This document shows, piece after piece, positions 44,686 through 53,149 of a stretch of 62,395 nucleotides of DNA. Both the position numbers and the translations under genes were made by a program. The DNA is from Candidatus Dormibacteria bacterium (GTDB lineage Bacteria > Chloroflexota > Dormibacteria > Aeolococcales > Bog-877). Each line of letters starts with the position of its first letter. Within the stretch, counting starts at the first letter, position 1. The notes under the pieces are model-generated. The model was not told the DNA's origin, did not search any database, and was given only the letters and a program-made list of their open reading frames with translations. The stretch spans positions 1 to 62,395 of the forward strand of contig JBOHUH010000017.1 in assembly GCA_050733915.1 (NCBI GenBank), given 5' to 3'.

Positions 44686-44911
44686 CGGCCATGACCACGA
44701 TCCCGATCAGCAGCGCCATGCAGCACGCAAAGACCAGCAGGAAGGTGAAGGCCCCTCCCGCGACCACCATCCAGGCTATCCCACTCCCCTCCTGTTGAGC
44801 CAGCTGGCGGGCGTTGCGCAGGACGGAGTTGAACCCCACCAGCATCACCAAGAAGAACGCGGTCACGAGAATGCCGAGGTACCAGGCGGATTCGAAGTCC
44901 TGATAGTTCAA
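44678..44911 (-). CDS. Small two-TM membrane protein of the respiratory operon
   Basis: 77 aa with two hydrophobic helices (YLGILVTAFFLVMLVGF; AWMVVAGGAFTFLLVFACCMALLIGIVVM). The TTG start overlaps the upstream TGA (TTGA at 44908-44911). Confidence 0.55.
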   Translation of the reverse strand: MNYQDFESAWYLGILVTAFFLVMLVGFNSVLRNARQLAQQEGSGIAWMVVAGGAFTFLLVFACCMALLIGIVVMAGG

Positions 44912-46176
44912 GGCAGGGTCCCTCGGGGCGGGTTGAAGTTCTGGGTCGACTGGTTGAGGCTCAGCAGACAGCTGCTTTGGCCGGTGTTGGCGTCGATCCC
45001 GCAGGGCAGCTTGGCGTTCTCCTTGATCACTCCCATGTAGAGACTGAGAGCCAGGGCGCAGACCCCGACCACCCCGATGATTCGGGCGGCCACCGGGCTG
45101 ATCCGGTCGGAGCTGGTGCCGTGCAGCGAGCGCAGGTAGACCACCAGGTTGGCTGCGGTGGCCAGGAAGGCAACCAGGAGCGCGACATAGCGCAGGGCGA
45201 TGATGTTGGACGGGATCACCGCCGCCGGGAGGGCGGTCACCCCCATCCCGACCAGGGCCAGCACCGTCAAAGATCCCCCGCCGGGGCCGCGCCCACTGGC
45301 GTCGTGGTGACGCCAGAAGACCAGATTGGCCCCCACCACCAGCACCGCCAGCAGCGCGACCTGACCGATGAAGAGGCTGGCGGAGTTGAGCACGAAGAGA
45401 TTGTCAAAGGCGGGCAAGGAGCTGGTCTTGACCGTCTCCGCGAGCAGAAAACCGGTGATCGGCTGGGCCAGCAGGAATACCGAGCCGATCCCGAAGTTGA
45501 TCCGTGCCGCCCACCTCTGGTAGGCGACCTCTGCCGCGGACTTGGCCCGCCGCCCCCGCCAGACTGCGATCGCCGCCAGCAGCAGCGGGGCCCAGGAGAG
45601 GTTGGCCCCGGCATAGTGGAGCAGCAGCCAGGGGTAGGAGGGCGAGAAGGCGGCGCCAGAGGCGCTGGTGGCGGTGCCTGGGTCCAGGGCGTAACTGTCC
45701 AGCTCGACGATGGTGAAGAGGAAGACGTACTGGACGGCGGTGAAGGCGAAACCCACCGCCAGGTGCAGCCGTGGCGAGATCCGGTCCCAGCCGTAGACGT
45801 AGAGAAGCAGCAGCGGAATGCCCACGAAGAAACTGGAGAACGCGATCGTGAGGGGCAGCAGCAGCAGATTCAGCAACGTAGCGATCAGCCGCCCGTAGAG
45901 CCCGACCAGCAGCACCACCGCCAGCACCGCCCAGGTGGCCCCGAAGCTGTAGAGGTAGACGATCGCCCGCGAGAGCCCCTTGGCGTAACGCAGGCACATC
46001 GGGTCTCCCCCACGGCGCCGTCCCGCAAGCTCCATGAAGGGCGCGAGCGCCGTGGCGGCCAGGATGAAGCCGACCAGGGCGATGTGGATCAGGAAGGCCG
46101 CCCCGATCGCGAATTCGGCCCCCAGGGTGCCGAAGGGCAGCCTCGGGATGGGCGTGACTATCAGGGAGGGCAGCAC
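44908..46176 (-). CDS. CydA-like membrane protein (cytochrome bd superfamily, no Q-loop), copy 1, degenerate active-site glutamates
   Basis: 422 aa, a paralog of the 464-aa protein: FLIHIAL (His31), LYVYGWDRI, LLHYAGAN (His187), GVIKENAKLP. It has Ala112 and Gly119 where copy 2 has Glu116 and Glu123. GTG start with GAGG 5 nt upstream. Confidence 0.75.
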   Translation of the reverse strand: MLPSLIVTPIPRLPFGTLGAEFAIGAAFLIHIALVGFILAATALAPFMELAGRRRGGDPMCLRYAKGLSRAIVYLYSFGATWAVLAVVLLVGLYGRLIATLLNLLLLPLTIAFSSFFVGIPLLLLYVYGWDRISPRLHLAVGFAFTAVQYVFLFTIVELDSYALDPGTATSASGAAFSPSYPWLLLHYAGANLSWAPLLLAAIAVWRGRRAKSAAEVAYQRWAARINFGIGSVFLLAQPITGFLLAETVKTSSLPAFDNLFVLNSASLFIGQVALLAVLVVGANLVFWRHHDASGRGPGGGSLTVLALVGMGVTALPAAVIPSNIIALRYVALLVAFLATAANLVVYLRSLHGTSSDRISPVAARIIGVVGVCALALSLYMGVIKENAKLPCGIDANTGQSSCLLSLNQSTQNFNPPRGTLP

Positions 46177-46211
46177 TTCGCCTCAATGCTGACGGCACCA
46201 CCCGCCGCAAG

Positions 46212-46235
46212 GCAACTCCCAAGCTAGCAACTCCC
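46212..46235. repeat. Tandem direct repeat GCAACTCCC-N6-GCAACTCCC in the divergent promoter region between the respiratory operon and holA
   Basis: Exact 9-mers at 46212-46220 and 46227-46235 (15-nt register), flanking the palindrome AGCTAGC. Confidence 0.3.
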
Positions 46236-46273
46236 GAGCCCCCGACCGTCCGCGCCACGATAATCGGCTCCTG

Positions 46274-47218
46274 GTGGAGCCCCTGGTCCTGGTCCACGGA
46301 GACGACCCCTACCTGGTCAGCACTTGCGGCCTCCGGCTACGTGCCCAGCTGGGTGCCGATGTGATCGCCGACCTCGGGCTCGAGGAGTTCCGCGGCGCCC
46401 GCGACCTCGACGCCATCGCGCGCAGCCTGGCGACCCCACCTTTTCTCGCTCTCCGCCGCCTGGTGGTGATCTGGGACCCACCTCAGGTCGCCGCCGGACA
46501 GCGCTCTCCCAAGGACGCCGGGGAGCTGGGAGCGCTCCTGGGGGGCCGCCTGGAGACCACCGCCGCCCTGGTGGTCAATCGGGGAGTCCTGCCCGCCACC
46601 TCTCCACTGCTGCGGGCGGTGCGTGATCACCTGGGCGAAGTGCGGTTGATGCGCAGACCTCGGGGCGGGGAGTTGCGCAGCTACGTGGACCAGGCGGTCA
46701 GGGAGAAGCAACTGCGCCTGGGCCAGCCGGTCCGCGCCAGGCTGGTCGAGGTGGCCGCCCAGGATCTGGGCCAGTTTCACCAGGAGCTGGAGAAACTCGA
46801 GCTCTTCGGTCTGGGAAGCCCGTCTATCTCCGACGCCGAGGGCCTGCAATTGGTGACCTCGTCACCGCCTACCGAGCTGTACCGCCTCACCGACGCCCTC
46901 TTCGAGGCTCCGGGACGTGTGGGGGCCCGGCTCAGCGAAATCGCGGGCCGATCGGACCTGCCCCCACCGGTTGTGGTTGGCGCCCTGGCTCGCGTCTTCC
47001 GGGACTTGATCTCGTTCGCCGATGGGCGAGGCTCGGCCCTGCCCGACTGGAGACAGGAGAAGCTGCGCGCCCATCTGCGACGGGCAGGCGAGCCGCGGTT
47101 GCGGCGCTGGCTGGTAGAGCTGGCCGACCTCGACTGGTCGACCCGCACCGGCGCGATTGACGGTCAGGAGGGCCTGGACCTGCTCCTCGCCGGAATGGCC
47201 ACCCAGCTGGGCAGCTGA
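46274..47218 (+). CDS. holA: DNA polymerase III delta subunit
   Basis: LVLVHGDDPYLV, ATPPFLALRRLVVI, and the ELEKLELFG signature of HolA. It is adjacent to rpsT, as in many actinobacteria. Confidence 0.8.
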   Translation: MEPLVLVHGDDPYLVSTCGLRLRAQLGADVIADLGLEEFRGARDLDAIARSLATPPFLALRRLVVIWDPPQVAAGQRSPKDAGELGALLGGRLETTAALVVNRGVLPATSPLLRAVRDHLGEVRLMRRPRGGELRSYVDQAVREKQLRLGQPVRARLVEVAAQDLGQFHQELEKLELFGLGSPSISDAEGLQLVTSSPPTELYRLTDALFEAPGRVGARLSEIAGRSDLPPPVVVGALARVFRDLISFADGRGSALPDWRQEKLRAHLRRAGEPRLRRWLVELADLDWSTRTGAIDGQEGLDLLLAGMATQLGS

Positions 47219-47231
47219 CCGCGGACCAGGA

Positions 47232-47684
47232 TCAGCTGCCCTTGGTCCCCTTGCCGGCCCCGCCCGCGGTACGGCGCTGGGAGCTCGAGGTGCGAGCGGT
47301 CTTGGTGGTGCTCCGGGCGGCCTTGGCAACCGCCGTCTTCCGTGAGCCGCCTGCCGATTTGGGCTTGGTCCCCTGAGCCGATCCGCGCTGGACCGGAGTC
47401 CTGGCGACCCCGCCCTCTTGAGGCACCGAGGCGGCCGCCTGAGCCCGCATCAGCCGCGACTTGCGCCGGGCCACGTTGCGGGGATGCAGCACCCCGTGCG
47501 CCGCCGCCTTGTCCAATGCCGAAGCCGCCTGCCGAATCGCCGACTCCGAGCCCTCCTCGACATCGTCCACCGCCCGCCGTGCCTTGGCGACCGCGGTGCG
47601 CACCGAAGTCCGAACCCGGCGGTTGCGCTCGTGCTTGCGGGCCGAGGACCGGATGCGTTTACGGGCGGAACTGGAGTTGGCCAT
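47232..47684 (-). CDS. rpsT: 30S ribosomal protein S20 with a ~60-aa basic C-terminal extension
   Basis: MANSSSARKRIRSSARKHERNRRVRTSVRTAVAK...KAAAHGVLHPRNVARRKSRL is canonical S20. A Lys/Arg/Ala/Thr/Gly-rich tail follows. Confidence 0.9.
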   Translation of the reverse strand: MANSSSARKRIRSSARKHERNRRVRTSVRTAVAKARRAVDDVEEGSESAIRQAASALDKAAAHGVLHPRNVARRKSRLMRAQAAASVPQEGGVARTPVQRGSAQGTKPKSAGGSRKTAVAKAARSTTKTARTSSSQRRTAGGAGKGTKGS

Positions 47685-47804
47685 GCTCTCTCAGCTGCTG
47701 GTTGGGGCCGCGGACGGTCCGGGCCGAAGGTAGGCGCCGCCCATGGGGTGGGCAGCGCCGCAGTATAGCAATCGTGCCCTGGGTCTCCCGAACCCAGCGC
47801 TAGA

Positions 47805-48683
47805 GTGGCAGGGGTGTTGCGCAGCGGCCGCGCCCCCGCCAAGCTGAACCTGGGCCTGGAGCTGCTGGGTCGCCGAGCCGACGGCTACCACCAGTTGGCG
47901 GCGATCTCTCAGACCATCGACTGGAGCGATGTCGTCGCCGTGGAGCAGGGTGACCCAGGGAGAGAACCGCCCCACCTCCAGGTCTGGGGACCAGAGGCAC
48001 ATCGGGTGCCGCTTGGTGAATCCAATCTGGCGCTGCGCGCCGCCATCCTGCTCCGCGGCGAGACCGTGGTGACCCCGGTCACCAGGGTCGGGTTGGAGAA
48101 GCGTATCCCCACCCAGAGCGGGCTGGGCGGAGGCTCGGCCGACGCCGCCGCGGTGCTTCGCCTCGCCGCAGTCGCGCTGGCCTCGGAGCGACGGCAGGAG
48201 CTCGCCCTGACCTGCGGTGCCGACGTGCCCTTCGGACTGCGCGGCGGGGCCGGCCAGGTGGGTGGCGTCGGGGAGGTTGTCTCCCCCCTCCCCACACTGC
48301 GCCAGGGAGCCTTCGTGATCGTGGTCCTGGACTCGGTCGACACCACCGCCGCCTACGCCGCCAGCCAACCCCAGGACTTCAGCGACGGCCGCCGAGTGGC
48401 GGCGCTGGCGGCGGCAATGCAGATCGGAGCACCGTTGGACCCCGAGCTGCTGGGCAGCAGCCTGCAGGCAGCCGCGCTTCGGGCGGTTCCCCCCTTGGGC
48501 GCGAGGCTGGCACGTCTCGCCGAGGCCACCCCGGGAAGCAGCTGGGCGATGACCGGCAGTGGCGGCGCCTTCTTCAGCTACCTTCCTGACCCGGGCCGGG
48601 CCAGCGCTCTCGCCACCCTGGTGGGGGCGGCGTGCCCCAAGGCGCCGGTCCGGGTGGCGCTGCCGCTAGGTCCCATGCAGTGA
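47805..48683 (+). CDS. ispE: 4-diphosphocytidyl-2-C-methyl-D-erythritol kinase
   Basis: APAKLNLGLELLGRRADGYH and the GHMP kinase motif IPTQSGLGGGSADAAA. Confidence 0.9.
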   Translation: MAGVLRSGRAPAKLNLGLELLGRRADGYHQLAAISQTIDWSDVVAVEQGDPGREPPHLQVWGPEAHRVPLGESNLALRAAILLRGETVVTPVTRVGLEKRIPTQSGLGGGSADAAAVLRLAAVALASERRQELALTCGADVPFGLRGGAGQVGGVGEVVSPLPTLRQGAFVIVVLDSVDTTAAYAASQPQDFSDGRRVAALAAAMQIGAPLDPELLGSSLQAAALRAVPPLGARLARLAEATPGSSWAMTGSGGAFFSYLPDPGRASALATLVGAACPKAPVRVALPLGPMQ

Positions 48684-48751
48684 TGTACCCGCTGAGCCAG
48701 AGAGGGAGCACCACCCCCATCCCGTCCTGGGCACCCCGCGGGGACTGAACT

Positions 48752-49699
48752 CTAGGTAGCGCTGAGGCCCCCAGCCGGATCAGGCGGCACCCCCGGGGTC
48801 AGCTGGCTCGGCTTCTGGAGGTTGAAGTCCTTGCCGTAGTCGCTGAAGTTGGCCGCAAAGCTGAAGGTCAAACTGGCCGAACCCGAGGGCAGCCCGGTGG
48901 TAGTCGGCAGCAGGGTCGCCAGTTCAGCCAGATTGATGGTCATGGGCCAGGTGACGGTGGTCCGGGCCAGCTGGCCGGTCGAGTTGAGGACGTAGCTGTC
49001 GGAACTGCTCTGGCCGAACTGGAGCATCGACTCGATCGCGGGGAGCTTGGCCAGGTATGGGGTGGCGCTGGCCCCCACCTGGCTGGCCATCCCACTGAGC
49101 ATTTGCGCGAAGGCAGCGTTCGCCGCAGAGCCGCTGAGAGTGGATCGGAGATGGTCGACTGACTGTCCGGCAAGTTGGGTCTCGCCGAGGTTGGTCACCA
49201 CCGCCTGCTTGGTCAACTGCGACTCCAAGCTCTTGATCTCCGCCTTGAGGCCGCCCGCGGCGGGGGCACTGGCCCCCGCGGAGCCGGTCTGAGACGAGGC
49301 GTACCACTTGCCGTCCTCGAAAACGTACTCATTTCCGTCGAGGTCGAGGACTCGCAGGGTCTGGGCCAGCAGCGGGCTCAGCGAGACCGAGACTTCGACC
49401 GCGTGCTTACTCTGGAACTGGATTACTCCGCTCAGACGGGCCGCGTCGATCTCGGTCTGGAGCAGGGCGAGCTCGTCACTGGAGGTGCCCGCAGAAGGCT
49501 TGACCCCGCTCAGGTTGACCTGCAACTGGCCGGTGAAGGTCGCCTCAAACGAGCTGGCGAGGGCCTTCTGGTCGGCGGCAGTCAGGATTGCGTGCGCGGG
49601 CCCGTGCACCACCGAGCCGCTGGTGCCACCACAACCAGCCAGGGCCAGGGTGGCCGCTGCCAGCCCGGCACCGGCTGCCCGAGCAAGCGGCATTTTCAT
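48752..49699 (-). CDS. Putative secreted lipoprotein
   Basis: Signal peptide with lipobox LALAGCGG. The mature part is Ser/Thr/Ala-rich with no motif I recognise. Confidence 0.7.
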   Translation of the reverse strand: MKMPLARAAGAGLAAATLALAGCGGTSGSVVHGPAHAILTAADQKALASSFEATFTGQLQVNLSGVKPSAGTSSDELALLQTEIDAARLSGVIQFQSKHAVEVSVSLSPLLAQTLRVLDLDGNEYVFEDGKWYASSQTGSAGASAPAAGGLKAEIKSLESQLTKQAVVTNLGETQLAGQSVDHLRSTLSGSAANAAFAQMLSGMASQVGASATPYLAKLPAIESMLQFGQSSSDSYVLNSTGQLARTTVTWPMTINLAELATLLPTTTGLPSGSASLTFSFAANFSDYGKDFNLQKPSQLTPGVPPDPAGGLSAT

Positions 49700-49805
49700 G
49701 GCTCGATCCTACCCCAAACCCATCGGCTTGTGACCGGCCCACGAATTTGCGAGCAGATCGTTACCCCGACCCTGGCGGCGAGGAGGCGGTGATAGCGTAG
49801 CCGCC

Positions 49806-52025
49806 ATGACCGAGTCGAAATCGCGACGTGCGCCGACCCACGCGGGCCGCCACAAGACCTCGGCCGGTTCACCCAAGATCGTGGAGCTCCCAATACCCGC
49901 CCCTGCGGTGGCGGGCGACCGACTGGGGAACCCAGACAATTACATCAACCGGGAGCTGAGCTGGCTCGACTTCGACGCCCGGGTGCTGGCCGAGGCCCAA
50001 GACCCGCGGGTGCCGCTGCTGGAGCGGCTTCGCTTCCTGGCGATCACCGCCAGCAACCTCGACGAGTTCTACATGATCCGGGTGGCCTCCCTGAAGCGCC
50101 AGCTGGCGGAGCGGGTGCAAAGCACCCACGCCGACGCCCTGACCCCGACCGAGCAACTGCGGGCCATCGGCAAACGCTCGCGCGAGCTGGTGGCGCTCGA
50201 GTGTCGCTGCCTGCGCGAGGACCTGGCCCCGCTGCTGGAGCTCCAAGGGGTCCGGTTACTGCTCAAGGGAGAACCGCTGAGCCGGGGCGAGCGGCACGAG
50301 TGTGACGCCTACTTCGAGTCGCAACTCTATCCACTCCTCACCCCTCTGGCGATCGACCCCGCCCACCCCTTCCCCTACCTCAGCAACCTCTCGCTCTCGA
50401 TCGCCGTGATGCTCGCGGAGCCCGATGAGCAGGCACCCCGGGTGGCTCGGGTCAAGGTCCCGTCCTCGGCTCCTCGCTTCTTCCGAGCCGGTCGCCGGGG
50501 GCCCTTCGTGCCCATCGAACGGATCATTGCGGAGCGCCTCGACCGGCTCTTCCCCGGGATGGAGGTGGTCTCCCGTGGACTCTTCCGAGTCACCCGCGAC
50601 GCTGACTTCGATGTTGATGAGGACGAGCCCAACCTGCTCTCGGCGATCGAGGAGGAACTGCGGGAACGGCGCTTCGGAGCGGTGGTCCGGGTCGAGACCG
50701 CTCCCGGGCTCTCGCCCGAGATCCTGACCATGCTGGAAACCGAGCTGGGGGTGGGTCCCGACCAGGTCCAGGAGGTGGACGGGCTGCTGGACCTGACCGG
50801 GTTACTCAGCGTCACCGACTCGGTGGAGCGCCCCGACCTGGCCTACCCCCAGTTCACCGGGACCACCCCGCCCCGGCTGCTGACCATGCACGACCAGGAC
50901 CCCGACTTCTTCGCCGTGCTGCGTCGCGGGGACGTCTTGGTGCAGCACCCCTACGACTCCTTCGCGGCCACCACCGAGCGCTTCATAGAGCAGGCGGCGC
51001 GGGACCCCAAGGTGGTAGCCATCAAGCAGACGCTCTACCGCACCAGCGGCGACACCCCGATCATCGACGCCCTTACCCGGGCCGCCGAAGACGGCAAGCA
51101 GGTGGTGGTGCTGGTCGAGATCAAGGCCCGCTTCGACGAGCAGAACAACATCCGCTGGGCGCACCAGCTGGAGGAGGTGGGCGCCCACGTGGCCTACGGG
51201 GTGCCCGGGCTCAAGACCCACGCCAAGCTGGTCCTGGTGGTCCGCCAGGAGGAGGCCGGGGTTCGCTACTACGCCCACATCGGAACCGGCAACTACAACG
51301 CGGTCACCGCCCGGCTCTACACCGACTTCGGCCTGCTCACCGCCAGAGCCGAGCTCACCGAGGAGATCGCCGACCTCTTCAACTACCTGACCGGCTACTC
51401 CCGCAAACGGGACTACCGCAACCTTTGGGTGGCCCCCATCAACGCCATCCAGAACTTTGAGGCCTTGGTCGAGCGCGAGCTCGACCACCACCGCCACGGC
51501 CGCCCCGCGGGGCTGCTGATCAAGGTCAACGGCCTCACCGACGAGCGGGCGATTCGCTCCCTCTATCGAGCCTCCCAGCGAGGCCTGCCGATCCGGCTGC
51601 TGGTACGCGGAATCTGCGCTCTGCGTCCCGGGGTGGAGGGGCTCAGCCAGACCCTCCAGGTGCACAGTGTGGTCGGTCGCTTTCTGGAACACGGCCGGGC
51701 CTTCGTGGCCGAGAACGGTGGGCACCCCGAGGTGCACATCGGCTCCTCCGACCTCATGGGTCGCAATCTCTACCGCCGGGTGGAGTGCGTGGTCCCGCTC
51801 CTGGATCCCCAGGCCCGGGACGAGGTGCGCCGGGTGCTGGAGCTGACCTGGTCCGATCGTCGCCAGAGCTGGCGCCTGCAGGCTGACGGGCGCTGGCTGC
51901 GGATCGACCCCCAGTCCGGCGACGATGGCATCCAAGAGCAGCTGATCAGGCGCGCCGGGGCCCGGCCCCTGCGTTGGGAAGGTCAAGGGAGGAGGGCAGC
52001 CAGCCATGGACCCACAAGCGGTTAG
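49806..52025 (+). CDS. ppk: Polyphosphate kinase 1
   Basis: NRELSWLDFDARVL, FLAITASNLDEFYMIR, the autophosphorylated His region, and two PLD-like HKD-type motifs (KTHAKLVLV; FLEHGR). Confidence 0.95.
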   Translation: MTESKSRRAPTHAGRHKTSAGSPKIVELPIPAPAVAGDRLGNPDNYINRELSWLDFDARVLAEAQDPRVPLLERLRFLAITASNLDEFYMIRVASLKRQLAERVQSTHADALTPTEQLRAIGKRSRELVALECRCLREDLAPLLELQGVRLLLKGEPLSRGERHECDAYFESQLYPLLTPLAIDPAHPFPYLSNLSLSIAVMLAEPDEQAPRVARVKVPSSAPRFFRAGRRGPFVPIERIIAERLDRLFPGMEVVSRGLFRVTRDADFDVDEDEPNLLSAIEEELRERRFGAVVRVETAPGLSPEILTMLETELGVGPDQVQEVDGLLDLTGLLSVTDSVERPDLAYPQFTGTTPPRLLTMHDQDPDFFAVLRRGDVLVQHPYDSFAATTERFIEQAARDPKVVAIKQTLYRTSGDTPIIDALTRAAEDGKQVVVLVEIKARFDEQNNIRWAHQLEEVGAHVAYGVPGLKTHAKLVLVVRQEEAGVRYYAHIGTGNYNAVTARLYTDFGLLTARAELTEEIADLFNYLTGYSRKRDYRNLWVAPINAIQNFEALVERELDHHRHGRPAGLLIKVNGLTDERAIRSLYRASQRGLPIRLLVRGICALRPGVEGLSQTLQVHSVVGRFLEHGRAFVAENGGHPEVHIGSSDLMGRNLYRRVECVVPLLDPQARDEVRRVLELTWSDRRQSWRLQADGRWLRIDPQSGDDGIQEQLIRRAGARPLRWEGQGRRAASHGPTSG

Positions 52026-52416
52026 GGAATTCGCCGCCCAGCACCACCAGGCGGTGCTGGCCACCCCGCGCCGGGACGGCAGCCCGCAGCTCTCCCCGGT
52101 CACGGTGGGGGTGGACCCGGAGGGGCGGCTGATCGTGAGCACCAGGGAGACCGCGGTCAAGCTGCGCAACCTGCGCCGCGACCACCACTACACCATCGCC
52201 ATATTCACCAACAACTTCTTCGGCCCCTGGGTCTCGGCCCGGGGTCACGCCGAGATCGTCTCCCTGCCCGAGGCGCTCCCGCTCTTGGTGGACTACTACC
52301 GCGGGGTCTCGGGCGAGCATCCCGACTGGGACGACTACCGCCGGGCCATGGTCGAGGAGCGTCGGGTCCTGCTCCGACTGAACATCGAGGACGCCGGCCC
52401 CAACACGAGCGGCTGA
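52006..52416 (+). CDS. PPOX-class (pyridoxamine 5'-phosphate oxidase-like, probably F420/FMN-binding) split-barrel protein
   Basis: AVLATPRRDGSPQLSPV...LIVSTRETAVKLRNLRRD is typical of the actinobacterial PPOX class. It overlaps the ppk 3' end by 20 nt. Confidence 0.8.
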   Translation: MDPQAVREFAAQHHQAVLATPRRDGSPQLSPVTVGVDPEGRLIVSTRETAVKLRNLRRDHHYTIAIFTNNFFGPWVSARGHAEIVSLPEALPLLVDYYRGVSGEHPDWDDYRRAMVEERRVLLRLNIEDAGPNTSG

Positions 52417-52417
52417 G

Positions 52418-53149
52418 GTGGATCTGAGCCCCGAAGAGTTCGCTGCCCAAGCCCGCGCGGTGGCATCCCGGGCCGCCGCCCTGATCCAGCCCGGGATGCG
52501 CCTCGGCCTCGGCAGCGGCCGGATGGCCACCGCCTTCGTGGAGGCGCTGCGGCCAAGAGTGGACGCCGGGCTCAGGGTCAGCGGCCTCTGCACCTCCCGA
52601 GCCACCGAGGACCTGGCCCGGGAGGTGGGCATTGGGCTGCTGGACAGCAGCGAGGGCGAGCTCGACCTGGACGTCGACGGAGCCGATGAGTACGACGAGT
52701 CGCTCAATCTGCTCAAGGGCGGAGGCGGCGCCCTGCTGCGCGAGAAGGTGGTGGCCCAACGCAGCCGCCGCTTCTGGGTGCTCGCCGACGCCAGCAAACG
52801 GGTGCACCGTCTGGGCAGCTCCCGCGCCCTGCCGATCGAGGTCCTGAGCTACGACTGGTCCGGGACCGCTGCTCTCTGTGAGTCCCGCCTCGGGGGTCGG
52901 GCGGAGCGCCGCCCGCCGGGGGCTGAGCCGTTCATCAGCGACAACGGGAACTTTGTGCTCGACCTGCACCTGCCCCGGGGATTGGACGAGCCGAAGTCGG
53001 CCGCAGGACAACTGGCGGGGATCGCCGGGGTGCTGGGGCACGGGCTGTTTCTGGGCCTGGCCACCGCGGTCATGGTCGTGGAGGACGGCGAGGTCAAGGT
53101 TCTGGGTGACCTCGAGCGGCACCGCCCCACGCCGCCGACGGGCGCCTAG
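52418..53149 (+). CDS. rpiA: Ribose-5-phosphate isomerase A
   Basis: GLGSGRMAT, DLDVDGADE and KGGGGALLREKVVA motifs. Confidence 0.9.
   Translation: MDLSPEEFAAQARAVASRAAALIQPGMRLGLGSGRMATAFVEALRPRVDAGLRVSGLCTSRATEDLAREVGIGLLDSSEGELDLDVDGADEYDESLNLLKGGGGALLREKVVAQRSRRFWVLADASKRVHRLGSSRALPIEVLSYDWSGTAALCESRLGGRAERRPPGAEPFISDNGNFVLDLHLPRGLDEPKSAAGQLAGIAGVLGHGLFLGLATAVMVVEDGEVKVLGDLERHRPTPPTGA

Noticed and set aside
44888-44896. tRNA-like T-loop sequence: the reverse complement of GGATTCGAA is TTCGAATCC.
   Set aside because: There is no flanking T-stem, acceptor stem or anticodon arm complementarity. It lies inside the coding sequence of the small two-TM ORF (codons DFES). No other tRNA-like or rRNA-like segment was seen in any intergenic region.
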